Made by a program: the position numbers and the translations under genes
Notes under the pieces: model-generated
The model's input: the letters and a program-made list of their open reading frames with translations, nothing else
Told to the model about the DNA's origin: nothing
Database searches by the model: none
Part shown: positions 1 to 9,596 of the stretch, in pieces
How positions within the stretch are numbered: position 1 is the first letter of the stretch
How the letters are laid out: the number at the start of each line of letters is the position of its first letter
Assembly: GCA_021786355.1 (NCBI GenBank)
Contig: JAJYNK010000009.1
Coordinates: 517 to 64,516, forward strand
DNA: 64,000 nucleotides
DNA from: a bacterium
Lineage (GTDB): Bacteria; Patescibacteriota; Minisyncoccia; UBA6257; UBA9933
Direction: 5' to 3'

Positions 1-837
1 TTCAGACATTCGGATAAACCGGGCGGGAAAAATCCGGAATCAGAGCAATACCCCGGGCTTAGCGAAAAAGGAGCTGAAAAAGCTATGGAGCAAAAATCCA
101 GGGAAATAAAAGAAAATGTTGAAAACGCCCCTGACCGGGCTCTAATTTATATTGGAGGAGCCACGGAGCTCGCAAGAACCAAATCAACAGCCGTTGCCGT
201 GGGCGAAGGATTAAAAGCGTTGTACAAAGACGATGAAAACGTGCTGGTCTTAACCAAAGAGGAAATTTTAAGCCGAGCAGGAAAAACCGAATCACTTTCG
301 TCCACGATTAAAAAAATCGTTGAAATAATCGAAAGCGACGAAAATAAAAACAAAAAAATAGTGGTTGATTTTCCTCTGTTCGTTAAAGAACTTTCATTTG
401 GCCGCCGTTGGGACGCTAAAAAAGATAATTTTGAATATTTCGATTATCTGGATAAAAAATACGGCGATGACGAGGAAGGAGCTTTTGAAGAATGGTCTCT
501 TACCAAAGGAGAAAACATTGAAGGGGTAGAGGGTCCGAATCCGGAGACGGTAGCGGAGGAATATTTATTTGGTCTGGACAGAATTCATGAATTTGCAAAA
601 AAATATTTTCCTGACAGACCGGTGGTTATCGGCGCGGTTTCGCATCGCTGGGATTTGGACGCCGCCATTTTAAAATTGATAGCAGGCGAGGTTTCTCCTA
701 AAAGTTTTAAAGAAATTTCTAACGAAAAGCTTACAGACACCACGGAGGGCACGGCCATAACAATCGGCGAAGATCAGATGAAAATCGCGTGGAGGGGAAA
801 AGAATTTGAGATAAAAATAGAAGAACAAAATGAATAA
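1..837 (+). CDS. Histidine-phosphatase-superfamily-like protein, 5' end truncated by the window
   Basis: The frame is open from base 1 (FRHSDK...GLSEKG), resembling the RHG...LT..G motif, with a later AVSH motif. The ORF-track ATG at 85 is probably internal. Confidence 0.5.
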   Translation, partial: FRHSDKPGGKNPESEQYPGLSEKGAEKAMEQKSREIKENVENAPDRALIYIGGATELARTKSTAVAVGEGLKALYKDDENVLVLTKEEILSRAGKTESLSSTIKKIVEIIESDENKNKKIVVDFPLFVKELSFGRRWDAKKDNFEYFDYLDKKYGDDEEGAFEEWSLTKGENIEGVEGPNPETVAEEYLFGLDRIHEFAKKYFPDRPVVIGAVSHRWDLDAAILKLIAGEVSPKSFKEISNEKLTDTTEGTAITIGEDQMKIAWRGKEFEIKIEEQNE

Positions 838-1895
838 TTTAAACCCAAATAAATGGATACGGGATTATTCTGATGCCGTAAGTGATTTTACTTTCGGCGA
901 CCACGATCCGGCATCTCATCTGCCGTTCAATGCCTTTAAATTTTATCCTTTATATTTTAATCTTTGGATGGATAAAATTTATTCCGCTATCAAAATAATT
1001 GAAAGCGAAAAAATCTCCAAAAATAAAATCTTAACAATTCTCCCCAATTATGGCTCTATAAAATATATATTTTATACGCTTGTAAATATGGGCGCTTATT
1101 TTAATTATGACAAGGAAAAAGCAAAAACTATTTTTGACTTTTTTATAAAGTATATGTCTTGGTTAAGCAAAGACAAAAATTTATTTAATGAAAAAAGCTG
1201 TGTTTTAAGAACAAAAAAAAGAAATTAGCAGGATTCTTCCAAAATTAAAGGTTGCCGACGAAAAGGAAAAGGCAAATATATCCAAATTAAGCGGTATTTT
1301 AGCGCTGTATAACCACGCGCTTTACAACGATTATTCAACCGAATACGGATATTCCAACGATGGCCCTTACAAATACAAAAATTTCTCTCTACTTGTAAAG
1401 AATTATCCCGATTTATCTCCTAAAGAATTGTGGCCTCAATTAAAAAATTTTAAATTCAAAAAAATAATTATTTTTGTTTTGTATAAAAACACAAGGATCA
1501 AAATGCGTTTTGTAACTACCCATATTTTAGCGGATAGAAACTATGCCAAAAAATTGTTTAAATACCTGGTTTTTTTGGACGGAAAACCAGCGACTAGCTT
1601 TAAAATTGAAAAATTAATCCGGCAAATAGCTGATAAAATCGGCGAAATTTATCTTGAGGCAAAAAGGTATAATTTTGAAAAAACAAAATTAAAATTTTTG
1701 GAGCAACAATCTTATGAATTAAAAGGGTTATTTGCCTTGGCCGGTTTAAATTGGCGGCCGGAGAAAGCAATGATTAAAAAAGTAAAAAATAAGCGGTTAA
1801 AAACAGATTTTATAAAAATGTCCTACCCGAAAAATAAAAAGGAATACGAAAAATATATAGGAGTGGCATACTTGAAAAAGATTTACAATTTATGA
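830..1895 (+). pseudogene. Hypothetical protein split by a frameshift at an A8 tract
   Basis: ORF 830-1228 stops just after the A8 run (1213-1220). The frame of ORF 1428-1895 is open from 1221. Removing one A fuses them into a protein of about 354 aa. Confidence 0.65.
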
Positions 1896-2215
1896 AAGAA
1901 ATAAAAGGGATCGTGGCAAACAAAGGAAAAGCCAGGGGTAGAGTAAAAATCATTAAAAACTCCGCGGACTTTAAAAATTTTAAAGAAGGAGAAATTTTAG
2001 TTGCGGAATTAACCAATCCCTCTTTCGCGGCAATTATTATAAAAGCAGCGGCTATAATTACGGATAAAGGAGGAATAACTTCTCATCCTGCTATCATAGC
2101 CAGAGAATTCGGCATACCTTGCCTTGTCGGCGCGAAAAACGCCACTAAAATTTTAAAAGATGGCGACAGGATTGAAATGGATTTAAACAAAGGAACTGTA
2201 AAAATTTTGAAATAA
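1892..2215 (+). CDS. Stand-alone PEP-utilising enzyme mobile (phospho-His swivel) domain protein
   Basis: GEILVA.LT.P...AAAIITDKGGITSHPAIIAREFGIPCLVG signature. Confidence 0.9.
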   Translation: MKEIKGIVANKGKARGRVKIIKNSADFKNFKEGEILVAELTNPSFAAIIIKAAAIITDKGGITSHPAIIAREFGIPCLVGAKNATKILKDGDRIEMDLNKGTVKILK

Positions 2216-3154
2216 ATGTACACAAAGAATTTTAAGAAATTATCTAAAGAAAACACTGGCACTGCAGGAGGCAAGGGAGCGTCACTGGGAGAAATGACTC
2301 GAGCCGGTATTCCAGTGCCGCCCGGATTCGTAGTTTTAGCGCAAGCTTTTGACAATTTTTTAGAAGAAACCGATTTGGGCGTTGAAATTGAGGCGCTGCT
2401 TCATAAAGTAAAGGTTAAGGACATAAACCCCATTGAAAAAGTTTCCGAAGAAATCAGGAATTTAATTTTAAGCGCCAAATTTCCCAAAGATATCGCCAAA
2501 GAGATTTTGATTGAATTTTCCAAGCTAAAAGCAAAATACGTAGCGGTAAGAAGTTCAGCCACTGCCGAGGATTCCTTTACCGCTTCCTGGGCCGGAGAGC
2601 TGGAAACCTATTTAAATACCTCAAAGGAAAATCTTTTGGAAAATGTTAAAAAGTGCTGGGCATCGCTTTTCACTCCCCGAGCTATTTTTTACCGCTTTGA
2701 AAAAAAATTGAACAGGCAAAAGGTTTCCGTGGCGGTTGTTGTGCAGAAAATGGTCCAGTCGGAAATTTCGGGCATTACTTTCACGGTTCATCCGGTAACA
2801 AAAGATTATAACCAAATGGTGATTGAAGCCGGATATGGCCTTGGCGAAGCGATTGTTGGGGGCAAAATCACTCCGGATACCTATATAGTGCATAAAATTA
2901 AAAATACTATTTTAGACGCGAATATCTCCGAACAAAAAATGATGGTTGTCCGCCACGGAAACGGCACAAAAGAAGACGTCGTCCCTAAAGCCAAGCAGAA
3001 AAAGCAGAAGTTGTCTGATAAGTATATTTTAGAACTGGTAAAAATATGCCAGAATATAGAAAATTATTATAAAAAACCACAGGATATTGAATGGGCTTTG
3101 GAGAAAAATAAATTTTATATTGTTCAAAGCAGGCCGATTACAACATTAAAATAA
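2216..3154 (+). CDS. PEP/pyruvate-binding (PPDK_N, ATP-grasp) domain protein
   Basis: GGKGASLGEM, VPPGF, VAVRSSATAED, SWAG, DIEW and QSRPIT motifs. Confidence 0.9.
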   Translation: MYTKNFKKLSKENTGTAGGKGASLGEMTRAGIPVPPGFVVLAQAFDNFLEETDLGVEIEALLHKVKVKDINPIEKVSEEIRNLILSAKFPKDIAKEILIEFSKLKAKYVAVRSSATAEDSFTASWAGELETYLNTSKENLLENVKKCWASLFTPRAIFYRFEKKLNRQKVSVAVVVQKMVQSEISGITFTVHPVTKDYNQMVIEAGYGLGEAIVGGKITPDTYIVHKIKNTILDANISEQKMMVVRHGNGTKEDVVPKAKQKKQKLSDKYILELVKICQNIENYYKKPQDIEWALEKNKFYIVQSRPITTLK

Positions 3155-3192
3155 CTTTGACTATATAAAAGTTTTTGCTATATTTACCGGAT

Positions 3193-3264
3193 GCGAGTGT
3201 AGCTCAGTGGTAGAGCACCGCCCTTATAAGACGGCCGTCGCAGGTTCGATCCCTGCCACTCGCA
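3193..3264 (+). tRNA. tRNA-Ile(UAU)
   Basis: Cloverleaf GCGAGTG/CACTCGC, D-arm GCTC/GAGC, anticodon loop CTTATAA, T-loop TTCGATC. Confidence 0.85.
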
Positions 3265-3288
3265 CTTTTTTTGTTATAATAAATACAT

Positions 3289-3897
3289 ATGGAATCTTTG
3301 TTTTTAAACCTCTCCGAAGTTCACCGAATACTCGCGTATCTGGCTATATTTATAGGAATGTTCATAGAAGGAGAAATTATTTTGGTGCTCACCGGGGTGT
3401 TAGTAAGAAGCGGGGCTATTAGTTTTTTCCCTTCGCTGTTAACGGCTTTTGTTGGAGTTATTTTGTGTGATCTTTTTTATTGGAGCCTGGGGAAAAGATT
3501 GGTTGAAAGCGGAAGAAAAAAATTTTTATTTTTCACAACCGAGAATACCGCGCCAATTTTGCGGAAGCTGGAAAAAAGAAGCGGTTTTTGGATTTTTATT
3601 TCTAAATTCGCTTGGAATTTAAACAGAGTGGTTTTGGTCTGCGCCGGTTATTCAAAAATTTCTCTTAAAAAACTTCTAAAATACAGCGCCACCGCCGCGG
3701 CCGTCTGGACAGCCTTATTAATTTCTCTCGGATACATTTTCGCCCACCAAACCGATATTCTTAAACACGACTTAAAACGCGCTGCTCTATTTTTGACGCT
3801 TTTAATAATAGGCGTTATATTCTTTGAGTACGCTCTTAAAAAAGTTTTTAATGCGTTAAGCAACGGCGGTAACGGAAATACGACTGAAACGCATTAA
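3289..3897 (+). CDS. DedA family membrane protein
   Basis: GMFIEGE, G..LCD..YWSLG and ISKF...R motifs; hydrophobic helices. Confidence 0.85.
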   Translation: MESLFLNLSEVHRILAYLAIFIGMFIEGEIILVLTGVLVRSGAISFFPSLLTAFVGVILCDLFYWSLGKRLVESGRKKFLFFTTENTAPILRKLEKRSGFWIFISKFAWNLNRVVLVCAGYSKISLKKLLKYSATAAAVWTALLISLGYIFAHQTDILKHDLKRAALFLTLLIIGVIFFEYALKKVFNALSNGGNGNTTETH

Positions 3898-3926
3898 AAG
3901 CTCGTGGAAATAAAATTATAATTATC

Positions 3927-4000
3927 GGGCGATTAGCTCAGTTGGTTAGAGCGTCTCGTTTACACCGAGAAGGCCGGGGGTTCGAATCCCTCATCGCCCA
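3927..4000 (+). tRNA. tRNA-Val(UAC)
   Basis: GGGCGAT/ATCGCCC acceptor stem, TCTCG-TTTACAC-CGAGA anticodon arm, GGTTCGAATCC. Confidence 0.95.
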
Positions 4001-4084
4001 CAAATATTTAAACTCCTTAATTTATTGTAATAATCGAACCCGTATGCTATATTCAATATAGCAATTATCTTCACCAGTTCGATT

Positions 4085-4738
4085 ATGAAGCAAGATAAAA
4101 AACAAAAAGCGCGGGAACTCCGAGCTTATGGTTACTCTCTGAACGAGATTGCGAAAAACTTAAACGTTTCAAAAAGCAGCGCGAGTATCTGGGTCCGCAA
4201 CGTCGCCCTAACCAAAGACCAGGAGAAAACGTTATCAAGGCGTACCGCGAAACTCTCTGTTGTGGAAAAAAGACGCGCAACTCGACTAGCTCGGAAAATC
4301 GCCTCACAAGAAAACCTCTTAAACCAATCGCAAAAGCAAATAAAGAAAGTGACCCAAAATGAGCTCCGGCTAATTGGCTCGGTATTGTATTGGACAGGGG
4401 GAGGAAAAACCCAAAAAGGCCTTGTCCGGTTCTCAAACAGCGATCCAGAGACGGTTAAGCTAATGATGGCTTTTTTTAGGAGCGTTTGCGAGGTTCCGGA
4501 ATACAAATTTCGGGGCCATATTTATACCCAACCCCACATAAACCCGCGAAACGCAGAAAAATACTGGTCGGAAATTTCCGGCATCCCCTTAAAGCAATTT
4601 TTCAAACCCTCGGTAAAAAAAGCTACTAAATCCAAAAAAGGGTGGCTTTCTTATGGATCTTTTGAAATCTATATCTGTAATGTTGAGCTATTCTTAAAAA
4701 TCCAGGGGTGGGTTAAGGGCATTTTTGCCTTTTTTTAG
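4085..4738 (+). CDS. HTH plus degenerate LAGLIDADG-like protein
   Basis: N-terminal HTH (GYSLNEIAKNLNVSKSSASIWV); LIGSVLYWTGGGK and FSNSDP LAGLIDADG-like segment. Confidence 0.6.
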   Translation: MKQDKKQKARELRAYGYSLNEIAKNLNVSKSSASIWVRNVALTKDQEKTLSRRTAKLSVVEKRRATRLARKIASQENLLNQSQKQIKKVTQNELRLIGSVLYWTGGGKTQKGLVRFSNSDPETVKLMMAFFRSVCEVPEYKFRGHIYTQPHINPRNAEKYWSEISGIPLKQFFKPSVKKATKSKKGWLSYGSFEIYICNVELFLKIQGWVKGIFAFF

Positions 4739-5006
4739 TTCGGCAATTGCCGAACTAACCAATTGGCAAGTTGCCGAACTTTTTTATTAAAACACTAGAA
4801 AATGTTTATCAAGTTTTGATAAACATTTTCTAGCCTAATTTTAGACTAATCTGTCGTAAAAGATTGTTTATCAAAACTTGATAAACATTTTTTATACTTT
4901 AGACCCCTGAAATTTGTTTTAAAGTGTTTGTTGTCTACACAAGCCAGACATTTTAATTCGGCAAAGCCACTGTTTTAATTCGGCAATGGTCATTGCCGAA
5001 TTAAAA
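4735..5006. repeat. Cluster of nested perfect palindromes
   Basis: 24-bp palindrome at 4735-4758; 18-bp-arm hairpin at 4795-4833; its core in reverse complement at 4865-4887; 16-bp-arm hairpin at 4973-5006. Confidence 0.85.
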
Positions 5007-5030
5007 AACCTATAAATAACGGTGGTAGAA

Positions 5031-5534
5031 TTAATCCTTAAACTTGTTTAAAAACCGTTCCTCGTCATAAATTCCCCATTTATAAAGCCGGTACAACGAT
5101 TTGTGCCTATCGGAAACATCCGGATCGCTACCGATTTTTTCAAGCCAATTAACGAATTGAGTCCCTTTATATCCATGTAATTTCTTATAAAATAGAGGAA
5201 TTATTATGTCTTTTAATTGATCAAATTCTCGCACTATTAAAGTAGCCCTTCTTCCGCGTTTTACTCCATCTCCTTGCCATGATTTATGATTATAAATTTT
5301 ATTTCTCAGACCTAACTTTTCCTTAACTAATCTAATAAGTTTCTCGTCTCTTTCGTGCATTGCCAGCACAAATGCCGGTTGTTTTTGCTTTCTCCCATCA
5401 CTTTTTTTATATCCTGGAGTAAATGAGAAACATCCCTCTCCATCAATAAGCCCTCTTATATAATCAAAGGTTAATGGATTTGTTTCAAATTGTTTCGCGG
5501 CCAACATTGGCACCATATTTTTATATTGTATCAC
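5031..5534 (-). CDS. Free-standing single-motif LAGLIDADG homing-endonuclease-like protein
   Basis: YIRGLIDGEGCF motif; IIPLF...LHGYK. Confidence 0.85.
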   Translation of the reverse strand: MIQYKNMVPMLAAKQFETNPLTFDYIRGLIDGEGCFSFTPGYKKSDGRKQKQPAFVLAMHERDEKLIRLVKEKLGLRNKIYNHKSWQGDGVKRGRRATLIVREFDQLKDIIIPLFYKKLHGYKGTQFVNWLEKIGSDPDVSDRHKSLYRLYKWGIYDEERFLNKFKD

Positions 5535-5566
5535 CGATTAACATTTAGTATAATTATATCATAATA

Positions 5567-5944
5567 ATGACTCTAAAATCTGAATTGGGTAATTATGGCG
5601 AAGATTTGGCTTGCGAGTACTTGGTTAACAACAAATACCGGATTATCGAGCGGAATTATAAAAAGCCGTGGGGAGAAATCGATATTGTAGCAATAGACCC
5701 TGACAAAACCCTTGTTTTTATAGAAGTCAAAACTCTCCGGCAATCTACTAATTTTGGCCTAAAACCTGAGGATCAATTAACCTCTTCTAAACTTAAAAAA
5801 GTGGCCAGGACCGCCTCTTTATATTCAAACGCTAACCAAGGCTTAATAAATAAGACGAGGGGATGGCGAATTGATTTGATCGCTATAACCCTGAATAACG
5901 CTGACAGCCCAACTATTTCTCATTATAAAAATATTTCTATTTGA
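5567..5944 (+). CDS. yraN: YraN family (UPF0102) nuclease-like protein
   Basis: GEDLA..YL, ERNY...GEIDIVA, FIEVK, RIDLIAI. Confidence 0.9.
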   Translation: MTLKSELGNYGEDLACEYLVNNKYRIIERNYKKPWGEIDIVAIDPDKTLVFIEVKTLRQSTNFGLKPEDQLTSSKLKKVARTASLYSNANQGLINKTRGWRIDLIAITLNNADSPTISHYKNISI

Positions 5945-5964
5945 CTGTATTTATAGGGTATTTA

Positions 5965-6068
5965 CCCCCACACCAAACGAGGATTAAATCAAATCCACAG
6001 CTTTGATAAAGCGAATTTATTCCGTCAACTGACGGAATAAATTAAAATATCCTCGTTTGGTGTGGGGG
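5965..6068. mobile_element. Short inverted-repeat element (CCCCCACACC type)
   Basis: 20-bp perfect terminal inverted repeat, flanked by TTTA on both sides, with an internal hairpin. Confidence 0.8.
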
Positions 6069-6097
6069 TTTACAAGATTTAAAAAATATGCTATTAT
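6069..6097 (+). promoter_or_regulatory. Sigma70-like promoter abutting the element
   Basis: TTTACA-17 bp-TATTAT with TG extension. Confidence 0.6.
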
Positions 6098-6134
6098 TTA
6101 GTTAGATCGTAAAAAAATCTTTGAGGGGGTAAAA

Positions 6135-6317
6135 ATGTTCAACTACACGAACCAGAAGCACAACAGCAAAAGGAAGCGGAGTGACCGCTTCACTCGCAAG
6201 TTTTTCCAGCCGATATTCAGCGGAATGCTGGCCATGACCGTGTTCGCCTTCATGATGGTGATCCTGACCTCTCGCTATCCCGCTTTCATGAAGTCGATCC
6301 TAACATTCCATTACTAG
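6135..6317 (+). CDS. Small hypothetical membrane protein
   Basis: SD GAGGGG; one hydrophobic helix. Confidence 0.5.
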   Translation: MFNYTNQKHNSKRKRSDRFTRKFFQPIFSGMLAMTVFAFMMVILTSRYPAFMKSILTFHY

Positions 6318-6336
6318 GAAAGGAAGGAGGTGCGCC

Positions 6337-6621
6337 GTGCTGGATGTCTGGGTTTTTGAAACAGGTAGGAAACTCGGCAACCCGAACATGGTTCAGATAT
6401 GGACAGAAGGTGTTATTATACCCTTCCGTCACAAGAAACACTTCGGCCGTCGCATAATAACGGCCGGCGGCGTAAACGAAAGGTTCAAGCCGGGCGCACA
6501 TACCCGCGACACTCACAACTACTTTGTCGCGCCGGCTGCTTTTGCCTTGGCCTGCGACAAAGCTAAAGAGTATTTCCGAAGAAACCCCCCAGAAAAGAAA
6601 GGAGATTGGGTCCCCGCATAG
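6337..6621 (+). CDS. Hypothetical protein
   Basis: Strong SD AAGGAGG before GTG; followed by a terminator. Confidence 0.6.
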   Translation: MLDVWVFETGRKLGNPNMVQIWTEGVIIPFRHKKHFGRRIITAGGVNERFKPGAHTRDTHNYFVAPAAFALACDKAKEYFRRNPPEKKGDWVPA

Positions 6622-6635
6622 GGACCCTTTTTTTT
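6608..6635 (+). terminator. Intrinsic terminator
   Basis: GGGTCCC-cgcata-GGGACCC followed by a T-run. Confidence 0.75.
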
Positions 6636-6661
6636 ACGCAAAAAGCGGGGTAAGCAAAATT

Positions 6662-8008
6662 TTATTTTAAAGCTTCTAATACTGTTTCTTTTTCATCCCA
6701 GTAGATTTTCTTACCATTTTTGATGCACATTGATACTTCTCCTCCTTTGCCGGTTAAAACCACGACATCGCCTTTTTTCGCAAAAGAAAAAACTTTTTGG
6801 ATCGCTTCTTTTCTGTCTATAATTTTATTTACGGTTGCGAATTTTTTCGGATTATTGCGAAGTCCGGCTCGAACGCCTTCTTCAATATCGTCTAGAATTT
6901 GATTTGGATTTTCGTCGTAAGGATCTTCATTCGTTAAAATTATCTTGTCACAATATTGAGCGGCAATATTTCCCATTTTCGGCCTCTTCCATCTGTCGCG
7001 TCCGCCGCCTTGAGCCCCTAATAAACAAATCAATGAGTTTTTAGCTGATAGCTTATAGCTTATAGCAGCTTTATAAACCGATTCCAAGCTAAACGGTTCG
7101 TGCGCGTAATCAATAATAACCGTAAATCCTTTTTTATTTTCCACTTTTTCCAATCTGCCGGGGGTTTGTTTTGCCTTGCCGATAATAGGCTTTATTTTAT
7201 CAAGCGGAACGCCCTGCGACATCGCAACGGCAATAGCGGCTACCGCATTGTAAACATTAAATTCTCCTATCAGGGGGGTTTTAAATCTCTCGCTTTTGAT
7301 TGAAAATTTCGATCCCTCCGGCCCCAGTTCAACTTTCTTAATTTCAATTATTTTATCAAGGTTTAATTTTAAATTTTTATTTTTAAATTTTAAATTTTCT
7401 ATTGTGTACCCTATTTTTGTTTTTATTCCAGGCTCCAAAAAATATTTAACATCCGAATCATCCAAATTATAAATTCCTATGCTATTTTCTTTTTTGGCCA
7501 GTTTTTCAAATAGTTTTACTTTAGCGCTTCTATAATTTTCAAAACCGCCATGGCGTTCAATATGTTCGGGGGATAAATTGGTAAAAACCGCCACATCGTA
7601 ATCTATAAACCGGTGCCTATATTGCAAAATACCCTCTGAGGACGTTTCCACAACAGCATACCGGCATTTTAACTCGTCGGCTTGGCTTAAAAATTTCTGG
7701 AGCTTAAACCGGCCAAGCATAGTTTGCTTATGCTCATTTTTCCATTCTTCATCTCCTATGCGCACTAGAGCGGTTGTAACGAGCGCGGTTTTATAACCGA
7801 ATGAATTTAAGATTTGAGCAATAAGGTCACAAGTGGTGGTTTTGCCTTTTGTCCCTGTAACTCCGATAATTATCATATTCTTTGACGGAGAACCATAAAG
7901 AAACGCGCCTAAAAAAGCCAGCATCCAATGGTAAGCTGGCTGAAAAAATTCAAAAACCGGTTTTGGAATAGCTTTTCTTCCTAAATTTAAAATTTTTTCT
8001 AAATTCAT
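6662..8008 (-). CDS. murE: UDP-MurNAc-tripeptide synthetase (Mur ligase)
   Basis: GVTGTKGKTT, ETSSEG, TNLSPEH, PGRLE, DYAH, GGRD..KRP, GKG.E. Confidence 0.9.
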   Translation of the reverse strand: MNLEKILNLGRKAIPKPVFEFFQPAYHWMLAFLGAFLYGSPSKNMIIIGVTGTKGKTTTCDLIAQILNSFGYKTALVTTALVRIGDEEWKNEHKQTMLGRFKLQKFLSQADELKCRYAVVETSSEGILQYRHRFIDYDVAVFTNLSPEHIERHGGFENYRSAKVKLFEKLAKKENSIGIYNLDDSDVKYFLEPGIKTKIGYTIENLKFKNKNLKLNLDKIIEIKKVELGPEGSKFSIKSERFKTPLIGEFNVYNAVAAIAVAMSQGVPLDKIKPIIGKAKQTPGRLEKVENKKGFTVIIDYAHEPFSLESVYKAAISYKLSAKNSLICLLGAQGGGRDRWKRPKMGNIAAQYCDKIILTNEDPYDENPNQILDDIEEGVRAGLRNNPKKFATVNKIIDRKEAIQKVFSFAKKGDVVVLTGKGGEVSMCIKNGKKIYWDEKETVLEALK

Positions 8009-8018
8009 TTTTTTAATA

Positions 8019-8284
8019 CGCGATCAAGTATATTCTCGCTACCGTTCAGCCGCCCGGCGAGCGGCTTCACTGGCGCCACTCCTTCGCTCGTCCAGCCGCA
8101 AGTTCCGTAGAGCAGCTCTCGGAGGTATCGCAAGCTTGGTGTCGCCTTAGGCGACTTGCGATGCCGAGAGCGCAGGCGGGATTTGGCCGCTGGAGCCAAA
8201 GAACCGCCGGTGCTCATAGGAATTTGCGGCTGGACACCTTGCCCGCTCAGTCGCGGAGCCGCGCTACGAATATATTTGCTCGCG
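8019..8284. mobile_element. 266-bp GC-rich nested-hairpin element
   Basis: Terminal inverted repeat CGCGATCAAGTATATTC/GAATATATTTGCTCGCG (15/17); AATA on both flanks; inner stems GTCCAGCCGCAA/TTGCGGCTGGAC and others. Confidence 0.7.
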
Positions 8285-8294
8285 AATACACTCC

Positions 8295-8873
8295 CTATCT
8301 TTTACTTAAAAATTTTAATGCCGTTCTTATTCTTTCTTCCGGTTTTTCAATTTTTGAAGAAATGGATTTTACGGCTTCTTTTACTTCGTTTTGCCTATAA
8401 CCCATTCTTTTGAGCGCTTCGGAAATATCAACGTCGATTTCCAGCATAGAAATAATTTCTTCGCTTTCTTTAACCGCTATTTTGTCTTTTAATTCCAAAA
8501 TTATGCGCTCGGCGGTTTTTTTGCCGACTCCGGAAATTTTTGTAAGAAGGTCGGAGCGTTTTTTGTTTACGGCGGACATTAATTCTTCCGGTTTTATGAC
8601 TGATAAAATTTTCAAAGCCATTTTCGGACCGACGCCGGAAATCGAGGTCAGCATTTCAAAAACATCCATTTCGGTTTTATCGTAAAATCCGTAAAGCTCG
8701 ATTCCGTTTTGATTGACGTGAGTATGGCAAAAAATTTTCGCTTTGGAATTTATTTTCGGAAGTTTATTAATCGTCCGCTTCGAAACAAAAACCTTAAAGC
8801 CTATTCCGCTTGTTTCAATAATAATAAAAAGTTTGGTTTTGACGGTGAGCGTGCCTGAGAGGGAATAAATCAT
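8295..8873 (-). CDS. ruvA: Holliday junction DNA helicase subunit A
   Basis: LYGF, ISGVGPKMAL and ISGVGKKTAERIILELK; likely start is MIYSLSG at 8873. Confidence 0.95.
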   Translation of the reverse strand: MIYSLSGTLTVKTKLFIIIETSGIGFKVFVSKRTINKLPKINSKAKIFCHTHVNQNGIELYGFYDKTEMDVFEMLTSISGVGPKMALKILSVIKPEELMSAVNKKRSDLLTKISGVGKKTAERIILELKDKIAVKESEEIISMLEIDVDISEALKRMGYRQNEVKEAVKSISSKIEKPEERIRTALKFLSKR

Positions 8874-8995
8874 TATGGATAGTATAAAATACAAAGCAAA
8901 AATTATAAAGGGAGGAAAATTGACAAACAAATTGGTTTTCTTTAGTCTATAGAAAGATATTAGAAAATAAATTAGGAATCAGGGGGGGGTGGACT

Positions 8996-9571
8996 ATGAA
9001 ACAGAGTCAGAAGAACCAAGAACTGAAAGACACGATTGAAATATTAGCGTTTAAAGGACTCGACTTCGGACTGGCGGTTTCGCTGCTTTACAACGCAAAA
9101 ATTATCTCCCAAGATTTTATTGATAGGCTTGAATTCGATCAATTAGTCAAAATTTACCGAGCAAATATTTATTCAGGTCACAAAATATTTATTTTGGACT
9201 TAATGGAAAAACGCGCTTCTGATTTTTGGCACTGGAAAACGATTTTTGACCTTACTCCGCGAGACGAATCAACCATTTCCACCTGCAAAAACCGTGATGA
9301 AATAATTTCCAAAATGAAAAAGGCGGCGATGGATGACTTTGATAAATTATACACGCTGTTTAAATTACTGGATGTATGTTATTATGAACTCCGTGACAAT
9401 ATCAGACGAGTCAAAAAAGAAGTGGAGGATAAAATTTGTCGCGATATTCAACTGACATTTAGTCAGTGCGTACAAATTCTAAACTCCGCCGACCCGAATA
9501 GTAATTTATATACTAAAGCATTTCAAGAAATCTCGGTTTATATATTGGATGAATTCAGACAAAAAACCTGA
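8996..9571 (+). CDS. Hypothetical helical protein
   Basis: 191-aa ORF with a G-rich SD, an upstream TTGACA box and a downstream terminator. Confidence 0.7.
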   Translation: MKQSQKNQELKDTIEILAFKGLDFGLAVSLLYNAKIISQDFIDRLEFDQLVKIYRANIYSGHKIFILDLMEKRASDFWHWKTIFDLTPRDESTISTCKNRDEIISKMKKAAMDDFDKLYTLFKLLDVCYYELRDNIRRVKKEVEDKICRDIQLTFSQCVQILNSADPNSNLYTKAFQEISVYILDEFRQKT

Positions 9572-9596
9572 TTTTCTAAGACGAAATGCTATTGGT

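Noticed and set aside
5031-5534. Group I intron or intein hosting the LAGLIDADG ORFs
   Set aside because: No interrupted host gene, intein splice motifs or recognisable intron core flank them, and the adjacent tRNAs are intact.
8005-8413. ORFs 8005-8217, 8156-8413 and 8161-8400 as genes
   Set aside because: They arise from the GC-rich hairpin element, which has few stop codons, and show no protein motifs.
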